In this document: positions 22,730 through 33,119 of the stretch, piece after piece
Layout: the number at the start of each line of letters is the position of its first letter
Position numbering within the stretch: the stretch's first letter is position 1
Assembly (NCBI GenBank): GCA_002633005.1
Contig: NMRA01000432.1
Location: forward strand, 356,518-389,636
Source: Phoronis australis
Lineage: Eukaryota; Animalia; Phoronida
DNA: 33,119 nt
Direction: 5' to 3'
Position numbers and translations under genes: made by a program
The notes under the pieces: model-generated
Databases searched by the model: none
Told to the model about the DNA's origin: nothing
What the model saw: only the letters and a program-made list of their open reading frames with translations

Positions 22730-23460
22730 ACTCTTCTTCATAAAATTTAGAGACAAACTGAAAGAATCACTTTGTACTTTGCCTGTTTACTCTGTATATT
22801 AACATAGTCTACAAGTTTATAACATCCTCAAATCTGTCATGAAGCAAGGGAAAACAAAGTTTTATGAACAAGAATTTCACAAAACCAACAACTACATAAA
22901 GGAAACAGGAAAACAAATAAGTCTGTAATAGACAACCCTTCAGTAGAAAGTACATTTCCAAAATTTATAAATATGAACAATAACACAATCATAAATCAAA
23001 AGCAACTTCTGGAAATTTTTAATCACTTTTTTGTTAAGTCTACATCTTCTTTCGGTCTTGATAGACTATCAACAATTTTTCTAAAACAGCATTCACAGAC
23101 ACTATTAAAACCTTTGATCCTAATGATAAATCAACCTTTGAACACTGGTATTTTTTCCAGACAAACTAAAATACCAAAAGTTACTCCAATTTTTAAAGAA
23201 AATGACTTTGATCACAACTCTCTAAACAACGCTTGTCCTATGAGTCCTTCTATTTACACCCTGTATCTCCAACTTTTTGAAAAAAATGTTTACGAGCAAA
23301 TTTACACATACCTCATACAACATTTTTATACATTTATCAGTATGGGTTTCTGACCAACCACTCGATTGAAAAAGCAGTCTTTGAGCTGATCAACAGAATC
23401 TATGAATATCTTAATACGAACTTCACCCCAATACCTATATTCGTTGACCTTTCAAAGGCG
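22730..23460 (+). mobile_element. Decayed CR1/L2-group LINE fragment (tether and N-terminal RT), truncated at DLSKA
   Basis: FNHFF, GLDRLSTIFLK...LLKPLILMINQPLNTGIF, KVTPIFK, FEKNVYEQI, and in another frame AVFELINRIYEYLNTNFTPIPIFVDLSKA; several frameshifts. Confidence 0.85.
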
Positions 23461-24750
23461 GGAAACTTGGTCGCAAATTTGTCGCATAGAAATCGGTAGA
23501 TTGGCGTATCCATTGTTCACTTTGTTTTTCTTTGTTGCAATAAAGATAAAGACAAGCAATTATCGGTAACAAACTCATGTGCGCTCAAGATACGATATCC
23601 ATACGACCTGTATTGTTATATTCAACAAATCCGCAACAAGGGAAAACAATGCCACGTCCTATAGGTGATAATCATGCGACGCGTTTACGTCTTTCGCATG
23701 GACGTCGCAAGCTAAAGTTATCTCAAACCTTGTTTAGTGACCTCCATTCTAACTGGTATATCAAAAAACTAAACTTTGTCAACTAGTAATTCCATTTTTA
23801 AGAAAGGTACGTTCGAACCTCAGTCAACTTATCTCTTTTGACACTTTGCTGTGTTCCTGAACACGTAAGTCACAGCGACGTAGCATTCGTTCTCAACAGT
23901 TGTATGCATGCAGACACACAACTCCCTCAAGGTCAAAACCACGCTTTGTCTTCGTTTCCCCAGGCATCTTTCTATGATGCAATTTTAAGGCGACTCCGTG
24001 ATTGGAAGACCGAGGGTTCGCAGCTGCTCTGTGCCTTGCGGGAGATTCGATTTGGGTGACAACCTCGTAACCTTTGACCAAGTATTACACAAATTTCACG
24101 CGGTTGTGCGGTTCCAAGTTGGTTCTGCTAAATCTTTTTCTCTCGCTACACTTTACATATTTCGTATTTAAAATTCCCCGAGAATGGGTGTAAGGTATTT
24201 TGCTAGACATATTTGAAATATTGTAAAAATAGCCAATTTTCAGGAATAAGGTGCAAGATGTGATTTCAATAGTATTGCACCCCTAGTCTATCGGGGCGAG
24301 GATGACGCTGCCTTCCCATTTTTGCCAAGTATGACGCATTATGTGGAATCTGATGGCCATTTCATGATACTAATAAATATCCTTGAACCATACCGTTTGC
24401 GGTGCAAGACGAATACGACTGCTATATTTTTACAAAAAATACCTTACGTTTTGCCAGGTAATTTGGCATAAAAATAAAACTAAATGAGTAATCGAAAATT
24501 CCTAATAGAGTTTTTGAGGTAAGTTGCGAAGTTTTAATTTAAAAAGGGTTTCGTTAAAATCGACCAAGGGGTTATTTTTCTACGAATATACCTTTCTTAA
24601 AAATAAAATTTTGACTTAAAAAGGTTTTAACGTTACAATGATTATAATGGCACATAAATATAAAACATATTTTTGATTACTTCTGGTATTTTTCTTTTAG
24701 AAAATATATACGTATGCTAGTTGACGTAGTCTGATTTTTTAACATAGGTT
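23461..24750. mobile_element. Interspersed repeat copy A (non-coding, probable non-autonomous DNA transposon)
   Basis: Shares blocks with 25141-25176 plus 26395-26560 (direct), 27625-27940 (inverted) and 28320-28495 (direct). Confidence 0.6.
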
Positions 24751-24910
24751 AGAATGAAGGTAACTATGTACGAATTGAGATAAGTTTTAACTCCGAATAT
24801 ATATGAGTTAGAATGGAAGTGACTAAATAAGATAAGTTTTAACTCCAAATATATATGAGTTAGAATGAAAGTGACTAAATAAGGATTGAGATAAGCTTAA
24901 ACTCCGAATA
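24749..24910 (+). repeat. Minisatellite, ~3 copies of a 52-59 bp unit
   Basis: ttagaatg(a/g)a(a/g)gt...agataagttttaactcc(g/a)aatatatatgag repeated. Confidence 0.9.
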
Positions 24911-25176
24911 GTTAAAGCTGAACTTCACCCTTTTTAGCTAACAAAGTTAAAACAAAAATCGAACCATGCAGGCCTTTTAGCTCTCATCAAATCAATCTCA
25001 TGATACTCCTTACCGTCATAGGATACTATTTCCGTTACAAACTCCAACAACAGGAAAATGCGTACATTCTCCCATTTCGAATCCACAGTTTTAGAGTTGT
25101 TAAACAACGACAAAATCTGAAGCGTTTTACACAACCCACGGTAAACTAGGGCGATATCGTCGCATATATATTGGTA

Positions 25177-26387
25177 TATTCACGCAGTCGCCATTTTATT
25201 AGTGAGCCTCTTTTCACGTTTAAAAAACAGTGCATTTGAGACATAAATATAACGAGACAAGCAAAAATCTCGCTTTACGCTGTGTATTCACCTATTTCAC
25301 GAACGCGGGGCGCTGCTATCTTGTTGATCGAAAACGAGGCGCCTTGACAAACATGGCATCGTCCTGCAAGGTGGTGTGGTCAAAAGACTTATCAACGTTA
25401 CCGAAAATCAAGTTGTCTGATGTTGAATCGATCTCTTAAAAACATAGCAATACGCACGGCAACTAGACTTTTACCCTCCTCAGCCATTCCTCCGTAGTTT
25501 TCCCTTTTTGGAAAAGTGTGGAAGTCAGGGATTTACCCAGGCTTTTAGTCTTGAAAAACCCTGCTCGCCAGCTGGGCGAATGCCGGAGCCAGAAAATCTA
25601 CTAGCCCGAAGTTCAGTCACCCGGCCATTGGCGCCAGTCACCACAAACTTGCTAATAGTTTAAATAAAAATCATCGTTTCGTGCACTGATGTCACCATTT
25701 ATTAGGGCTACCATATTTGCCCTAATAGTTAGCGCCCAGGGGGACGCTTTTTGTAGCCTACGGCGGTTAAAACCCGCGGTCTCCGAAAGGGGTGAAATCG
25801 GAAGCTAGGATTCATCAAATTTACGCGCTGTGACGTATGTGTAACCTATGACAGACTTTCTACAAAACTGTGGCGCATTGCTATCAAACTCTGTTGTTAA
25901 TCTTTTAAAAAAAATGTGCTGAAATCCCAGGGCGAAAACTTGCCGACTGATGCCTCAAATTACCTCAAATCCTCCTTAAGTTTTCCAAATAGCCTTTCCT
26001 AAGATTCTTAAGTTCCTGTGGACTCGGAGTCGGGATTAACCGCAGATTAAGTCAAAATCTGCGCTAGATCGCACCCGGCAACGAGAAAAGTCTGGACGAA
26101 CACATATGTTGTTGTCAGGTGACGTTTATATTGAAGTGAGTCAACAGGTGTGCACCGAGTGAGCGAGCNCGACGAGTTGGAATTGGTACGTTCAGGCACT
26201 GCACAGTACACCATCAAGGCCAGCTGATGACCGCTCACGAAGTTTTATCAGCGTGCCTCGTTTTCGATCAGTATTTAAAGATGGCGCGGGAAGATGGCGC
26301 TTTCGTGAAATAGGTGAATAAGGGCAAAATGCATTGTTTTTAAAACCTAAAATGAGGCTCACTTTTAAACTTGCAACCACGTGAATA
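25177..26387. mobile_element. Outer TIR element with ~60-bp imperfect arms, inserted in repeat copy B
   Basis: tattcacgcagtcgccattttattagtgagcctc...aaaaacagtgcattt vs aaatgcattgttttt...gaggctcacttttaaacttgcaaccacgtgaata; removing it restores colinearity with copy A (23461-23537). Confidence 0.65.
25285..26320. mobile_element. ISL2EU-like internally deleted transposon with convergent ORF stubs
   Basis: Perfect 19-bp IR tattcacctatttcacgaa (25285-25303) / ttcgtgaaataggtgaata (26302-26320) plus a second IR tgatcgaaaacgaggc. Plus-strand stub MASSCKVVWSKDLSTLPKIKLSDVE (from 25353) resembles SWIM/YqaJ-protein N-termini; minus-strand stub MVYCAVPERTNS (from 26214) resembles a THAP start. Confidence 0.5.
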
Positions 26388-28496
26388 CTGTGTATAGGCG
26401 TATTCATTGTTCACTTTGTTTTTCTTTGTTACAAAAGATAACGGTGAAAATTTATGGGTAACCGGGTGATTTGTGCCCAAGGTAAGAGATCCGGGTGACC
26501 TGTATTGTTATTACCAACAAAGGTAGCGTCCTATAGGCGATAACCATGCGACGCCCTAGATTTAGCAAGCTTATGAAATCCATGCATGGGAATTCACTTG
26601 GATATTTTAGATGTTTTTCGGTAAAGGAAATCAAGTCCTTTCCGTAAGGAATATTACGAAACCGATTTTATGATTAAAAGGAGTCCATTCCCGTTATTGA
26701 CCAGCTATGCAAAGCGAATAGATACCCAAACTAAAAAGCAATAAAAAATAACCAACGGTGTCTGGTGAAGTCACCGCACAACCATTTTCAATGCAAAAGT
26801 AAACAACAAGCAAATTTAACCTGTCAACTCAGCAAGTTTACAAATGAGTCAAACACTGTAAAAAGGGAGCAAAACGATGACAAACCAGTGAAACAATCAT
26901 TATATTAACAGGGAATAGACGTGTCGTCCTTGTTTTTACCAAGTTCCTTGCGAAATAAGCATGATCTTGCAAGACCTTTCGAAATCACACGACTGAAAGA
27001 CTAGTGATTCGCGAGTGTTCCCGGTAGTTTACAGATATATCCTAGCAAAATGAGGCAATAGCCTGGTCGGTTGGGTCGGAGTGTTGAATTACGGTATTGA
27101 ATTCACAGTTTGCGTTCCATAACCGAAGATTTTTCGCCGCAAGCGAAGGCTCAATAGCCTCGCGGTTTGCAGGACGCTCTGTCCTATTGTCAGTTTGCTT
27201 GGTAGTGTGGCTACCAGAGCGGTTGGTCTCGTGATATTTGATGTCCGGTCTGATGTTTTCAGACGAAAATACGGGATCAAAAGACTTATTGATTACATTT
27301 CAAAAGCTGACCACCTCATATTTGAAACTGAAAAAAGATTGGGCTTTTCAAACATGGCACAAGATATCCGAGTTCTGTTTATGAATAGTGACTTCAAGAC
27401 TAAGACAGACATTTGGTCTTACGCATCCACTTCACAATTGCCAAATAAAGGTTTAATCACGTAATTATTAGTTCATCATTGCCGAATTATTTACACACAT
27501 TTTCACTGTAGTTTGCAGTTATGGATATATTCTCAAATGCATTACTCTTTTGCTAAATCCGGTTTAACTTATTTTTCAGAAATAGTTATAAGGAGCGTAA
27601 GACCGAATTTCTGTCTTAAAAGGATATCTCAAACCTTATTTACAAAAATTGGCCATTTTTACAATATTTCACGTGTTTAGCAAAATACCTTGTCTTCATT
27701 CTCAGGGAACTTCACATACAAAATATATACCGCGTAGCGAGAAAAAAGATTTAGCAGAACCACCTTTCGAACCGCACAACCGTGTGGATATTTGTTTACT
27801 TCTTATCCAAGGTCAAAGTTATGGGGCTTTCAATCAAATCGAATCTCCCGCCAGGTGCATAACAGTCCTTTCATTCAGAAAGTCGCCTTGACATTGAGTC
27901 AGCGAGGTGTACTTATGATAGAATGGTGCCGGGGAAAACACTGCCAAATCAGTTGACATTGCGAGAGAACGTTGAAATAGCTAACATATTTAAGGCTTGT
28001 ATAGGTTATGTGCACCGAAAACAAGTTTTTACAGAATAATTAACCGAAGACTGACATTTTCAGTCTTCCCAGTTTAATCGGCTTATTCTCGGCTTCGGTA
28101 AATCGACTTTATTTGAACTTAGGAACACGCGGAGTTCTCGAAAACGGCTCTTTGGATTTCGCTGAAACTTTCCCAAACTTAATATTTATTCATTAATCTC
28201 AAAAATTCTGTTAGGATTTTCGATATAAAGGCGTAGTTTTTGCGTATTGTGACAAAGACTAATACGACTTCCGTTTTTTACAAAAATACATTGCGTTTTG
28301 CGAGTTGATTTGTCAAAGAGACCAAACGAAAAGACTAATCGAAAATTCCTAACAACATTTTTGAAATACGTGGTGAAGTTTTCATTTAAAAAAGGTTTTA
28401 TTAAAATGGACCCAGGGGTTATTTTGCTATGAATGTACATTTCCTAAAAATGAAATTTTGAATTAAAAGGGTTTTCACGTAAAAATAATAATGGTA

Positions 28497-29602
28497 AACT
28501 AGAAAGATTATTGTCACGGCGTGACAATAATGGACTCTGCGCGTGCGTATTACTGGAATTGTTTTGGGAAGTTACTGACAGCAACCCGTTTACCAATATG
28601 AAAAGGAATTCTTTAAAATTGTAGGAGAAATTACATGTTAATATTTTGATGACCTTTCCACCTCTTCCGGTGCATTATGAACCCCGATCAGGGAATAATT
28701 GTAAACTCGATTTAAATTGTGGCTAATGCTAAGAATCACAGATGTTTTACTTTAAGCACTTCAGAAAACAATTCGAATGAATTGGTCAAATTTTTCGATA
28801 GAAAAAAGGAACCTAACGACCCAAGGGTGCACCAAATTACCTGAAAATTTAGAATTCAAACTCAATCGCATTTAGTAAACATATATATAATTTTGAAGTC
28901 TCTAGCTCAAAATTTTAGTTTGCACTCAATGACCTTTGACTTATTTTTTCTGATTGGTTAGGCCTATTGCAAAGTAAAGTAGGGTATTCAATTGGCATGT
29001 TGACTTACACCAGTGTGCTGAAATTGAAAAGAATTCCTTGAAAAACGTAAGAGATATAACATTTTGAACGTAACACAACCTTTGCACTAATTAACCTTAT
29101 CCGGTGCAGTTTGAGTATTTTTAGGAGAATTATTGCAAAGCCCAAGGAAAATGTGTTTAACGCTGATAATCACAGTTGTCTAACGGTTGACACATCAGAA
29201 TACTTGCTGATTGAAAAGGTCAAATTTTCAGAAGAAAAATGCACTTAATGACCCCATGTTTGCACTAAATGACCTGAAACTTTGGATTCCGATTTGATTT
29301 ACCTGATGCAATCAGACCTGTCAATTTGAAGTGTCTAGCTCAAAATTTTAGTTTGCACCTAATGACCTTTGACCTGTTTCACCTGATTGGATGACCCGAT
29401 TACTTAGAAAAGTAATTTTTTAAATTGTCATGTTGACGTATACCTGTGCACCAAATTTGAAAAAGATAGCTTTAAAACTTAAGGAGGAGTAGCATTTTGA
29501 AAATTATATGACCTTTGCACCAAACGACCTTTTCCGGTGTAATATGGAATATGATTATATAAGCAATCAAAATTTGTATACTGTCAAAAGTCATGTGCTG
29601 AA
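28497..29602 (-). mobile_element. HINE family 1, copy 3 (3' end intact; sequence breaks off at a single N)
   Basis: aactagaaagattattgtcacggcgtgacaataatggactctgcgcgtg... colinear with 6250-7240 plus 8790-8890. Confidence 0.9.
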
Positions 29603-29812
29603 NCAATATACTCATTATTACATCCAAATCAAATTGTGTTATTTCAACCGCCTACCGGCAAGATATACACCACGTGACACACGGCACTTTTTAGATAGAT
29701 GTGTTCTTATCTAGATCGGCAGTTGTGAACGAGTTTCAAATCAATCGGGCTAGTAGCTGTTTTCATTTTCTGACAGATTTGATGTATTATACACTTATCT
29801 ACCCATTGGCCA

Positions 29813-31150
29813 TTTTTATGCGCCCACACATTTATATGTGGACATTTATATGCTGTCGTCCCTGTCTGTCCGTCCGGCATCTGCTGTTCTATCTACAAAT
29901 TCTTTGATGCATGTTCATGAAATTTTGGACATGTTCCTTTCAGAGATGGGACGGCATGAACAAACTTTTGGACGGATCCGACAACTTGTGTGCCCCCTAG
30001 TGGCTCTTTTAGTTTTTAATGGTTACCTCTGTATCTTCAAAGGTCCTCGATGGATTTTCATAAAAATTGGCAAATTGGGTTTTATTAGTGAGATGACACT
30101 GCCCTCCTGTTTTCAGATGGATTTGTGGTATTTTGCACCACCTAGTGGCCATTTTTACTGTTTGCAAATCTGTTTTTGGCGTCTGCCCCTCTGTCAACCA
30201 AACCACTCTAAGGAGGATTTGAAAACTGGCATTTTTATTTCTACTGTGAAGAAAACGACCAGTGAGTGTTTTTTCAGACGTCACCGACCACTGTGGCGTC
30301 TGTGGCCGTTTCTCCCAAACCTTCTGCAGGATCTTTATTAAAGTTAGCAAGTGTAATTGTATGAAGTTGACAACAGACAACTATGACATTTGTGCTGTTC
30401 CAACTACTGGTGCGTCCCCCCCACGCCCCCCATTTATTTTTTCACTGTATCTTTGACACTTCTTGGCTGATTTTCATGAAATTTAATAAACAGGTTTCTA
30501 TTAAACAGTCTGTAGGTTCCAGTTTTTTTCTTAGATTTGACATGTAATGGCCTTTATTATTATCGTGAAATTTTGTTAATAATTTTCTACCAAGTAGACG
30601 ATGACACCTTCTCATTTTTGGGCGGATATGACGTATTCTGCGCTACCCAGTGGCCATTTTTGGCATCACCTTCTCCATCCACAAAACCGTTTGAAGTTTC
30701 ATTAGACATATAATTTGGAGATGTGTTCCTGATTAGAAGACTGAGGCTGACATTGATTTTGGGACTGGTTCAACTACTCTGCCTCCTCCTCATAACTTAG
30801 TTCCTCGATGCTTTTTCATGAAATTTGGTGAACAAGTTTCTATTATGAAAATGGCAGTACCTTTTTTGTGATGGAATTGACATGTTCTGAACCAATTACT
30901 GATCATGTTAATTATTTTTTGGTCTGTTTCTTGTCTGCTTCAATCTGTATCTGTCATACTGCTTACAGGATCATTGTGAAAATTGGCCGACTTTTTCACC
31001 AACGAGAGCATGACTGACGTGGATTTTCTAATGGGTCCAACTACTATCATGGTGCCTCTAGTGACATTTTTTGCATCTATGGCTGTATCTCCTGAACGCC
31101 TTGCAAAACGTTGAAATTTTGTAATTGTATTCCTGCTAGCTTGACAACAG
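29813..31150 (+). mobile_element. Old HINE/DINE-1-like element, family 3, with degenerate ~110-170 bp internal units
   Basis: Starts tttttatgcgcccaca...tgtggacat (imperfect hairpin), then GTCY repeats gtccctgtctgtccgtcc; recurring ttcatgaaatt(t)g motif at ~29914, 30057, 30473 and 30815. Right boundary uncertain. Confidence 0.55.
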
Positions 31151-31353
31151 ATGGCATACCTCAGTTTGGAAAATGGATTGAAATTCAGCAACTAGCACTT
31201 ATCTCTATATTTTCACAGAACTTGCACTTCAGGTTGCGAGATATTTTTAGATGATAGTTTGGAGCTTAAGATGAAATTTCTGACGTATTCATTTTTTATG
31301 AAACGGGTCTCTGTAGCCTAGTGTTGGTTGACCGTGTTGGTTTTCTACATCAG

Positions 31354-31547
31354 AACATCAAGCTGTCTGCCATCAAGGTAGACTCCAAGTTCACCACGAC
31401 CACACAGATCGTGAAGCTGGTCGGTAGCCACACTGTCTCCAAGGTAACGGTCAAGGTCAGCGACCTGAAGCGGTCCAAGATGGTGCGTGTTCTCAACATC
31501 TTCTACAACAACCGTACGGTACAGGCAGTTGTGGAGCTGAAGAACAA
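31354..31547 (+). CDS. UBR4: Internal coding exon of E3 ubiquitin-protein ligase UBR4 (p600/pushover)
   Basis: Translation [65 protein letters not shown] closely matches the conserved UBR4 segment as I recall it ([64 protein letters not shown]). Acceptor ttttctacatcag at 31341-31353 (phase 0); donor AA|GTGAGT at 31548 (phase 2); GC3-rich codons against AT-rich flanks. Confidence 0.95.
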
Positions 31548-31923
31548 GTGAGTTGTTGTTTCAATAATGATTAGAATAATTCTGTCTGTACCTGCATATA
31601 GCCCCAAAAGTGTACCGAGTCACCCATTAAATCTTTATTAATAAACTTTATTCGAAATACGAGTCAGGTGCATAACTGTGTCAGATCATACACAGTTTTT
31701 GCACTAACTGACCTTTCACCTTTGAACTCAGTTTGATCCAAAATCATTGCATAGGCCCTGCTACGGTGTCTGCATTGTGAGTTCACTAACCTTAGAAAGA
31801 CAATCCCACTTTGAACGCTGCACATTGAAATACAACCCTCAACTGCTGGGCACTGTGGACATAAACACTTTAAAGTGAATATGAAGTTTGTTGTCACAAG
31901 CAGGTATCAATTGACCCCAAAAC

Positions 31924-32044
31924 GACTGACAGTAGTTGCAAATGATTGACAGCGGTTCCAAAAATGATTGACAGCAGTTGCAAATGATTAACAGCAGTTG
32001 CAAATGATTAACAGCAGTTGCAAATGATTGGCAGTAGTTACAGA
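31924..32044 (+). repeat. Minisatellite, ~6 copies of the 20-bp unit gatt(a/g)acagcagttgcaaat
   Basis: Directly visible contiguous tandem units with no spacers. Confidence 0.95.
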
Positions 32045-32105
32045 CTTAACACTTATGACATAGCAATTATGTTGTAAGATCTGGGGAAGGAAAAGAATAA
32101 TTATA

Positions 32106-33119
32106 AACTAGAAAGATTATTGTCACGGCGTGACAATAATGGACTCTGCGCGCGCGTATTAAAGGAATTGTTATGGGAAGTTACTGACAGCAACCCCGTT
32201 TACCAAATTATGAAAAGAAATTCTTTAAAATTGTAGGAGTAATTACATGCTAATGTTTTGATGACCTTTCCACTAACTGACCTCTTCCGGTGCATNTTTA
32301 AAGTATAGTTAATGCTAAGAATCACAGATGTTTTACTTTAAGCACTTAAGAATACAACATGAATTAATTGGTCAAACTTTCAGAAGAAAAATGCACCTAA
32401 TGACCCCATGGATGCACCAAATGACCCAAAAATTTAGAATTCAAACTCAATTGCGTTTAGTAAACAGATATATAATTTTGAAGTCTCTAGCTCAAAATTT
32501 TAATTTTGCACTCAATGACCTTTGACCTATTTTTTCTGATTGGTTAGGCCTATTGCGTAGTTAAGTAGGTTGTTCAATTGGCAAGTTGACTTACACCAGT
32601 GTGCTGAAATTGAAAAGAATTCCTTGAAAAACGTAAGTGATATAACATTTTGAACGTTATATGACCTTTGCACTAATTGACCTCATCCGGTGCATTTTAA
32701 GCATCTTTAGGAGAATTAGTGCAAAGCCCATGGAAAATGTGTTTAAAGCCAAGTATCACAGTTGTCTAACGGTTGACACATCAGAATACTTGCTGATTGA
32801 AAAGGTCAAATTTTCAGAAGAAAAATGCACCTAATGACCCCATGTTTGCACTAAATGACCTGAAACTTTGGATTTCGATTTGATTTACCTGTGGCAATCA
32901 GACCTGTCAATTTGAAGTGTCTAGCTCAAAATTTTAGTTTGTACCTAATGACCTTTGACCTATTTCACCTGATTGGATGACCCGATTAGTTAGAAAAGTA
33001 ATTTTTTAAATTGTCATGTTGACTTATACCTGTGCACCGAATTTGAAAAAGATAGCTTTAAAACTGAAGGAGGAGTAGCATTTTGAAAATTACATGACCT
33101 TTGCACCAAATGACCTCTT
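32106..33119 (-). mobile_element. HINE family 1, copy 4 (runs off the window end)
   Basis: Same terminal palindrome, subterminal IR and ~432-bp units as the other copies; short deletion near the N at ~32296. Confidence 0.9.

Larger units (their letters stand above)
24916..28496. mobile_element. Interspersed repeat copy B (possibly Kolobok-like), interrupted by nested TIR elements and cut by HINE copy 3
   Basis: Begins TTAA|AGCTGAACTTCACCC (24912-24930), a Kolobok-type start; homologous blocks to copy A. The matching right end is not seen. Confidence 0.45.

Noticed and set aside
31321-31551. 76-aa ORF as a stand-alone small gene with a GTG start
   Set aside because: The first 11 codons are intron and polypyrimidine tract, and the stop lies within the GTGAGT donor; it is a UBR4 exon.
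31924-32044. 20-bp repeats as a CRISPR array
   Set aside because: Contiguous tandem units without unique spacers, no cas genes, eukaryotic context. The same applies to 24749-24910.
1-33119. tRNA, rRNA, snRNA or tRNA-derived SINE genes
   Set aside because: No convincing A/B-box pair or cloverleaf seen by eye; tRNAscan-SE and Infernal would be needed to exclude them.

Overview
AT-rich animal (invertebrate-type) genomic DNA, not prokaryotic. The only host coding sequence I recognise is one 194-nt internal exon of the E3/E4 ubiquitin ligase UBR4 (p600/pushover) at 31354-31547 (+), so the preceding ~31 kb appears to be one large, transposon-filled intron. It contains three LINE fragments (L1/Tx1-like, RTE/RTE-X-like, CR1/L2-like). 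A ~10.4 kb TTAA-flanked, GAG...CTC-ended Sola3-like DNA transposon (9390-19785) carries a decayed, spliced, internally deleted transposase and has at least three elements nested in it (two hAT-like elements with 5- and 6-bp TSDs, and a Gypsy gag-protease fragment). There are also several Helentron-associated (HINE/DINE-1-like) elements, an ISL2EU-like deletion derivative, small GC-rich MITEs with 5-bp TSDs, and micro/minisatellites. I found no RNA gene, CRISPR array or intact novel protein-coding system. The most unusual signals are structural: the nested Sola3-like element, two sister repeats with an oppositely oriented central block, a 14-bp hairpin where the Gypsy primer-binding site should be, and repeat-borne DR1 and CTCF-type motifs. 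Family assignments come from motif recognition by eye and need database confirmation.
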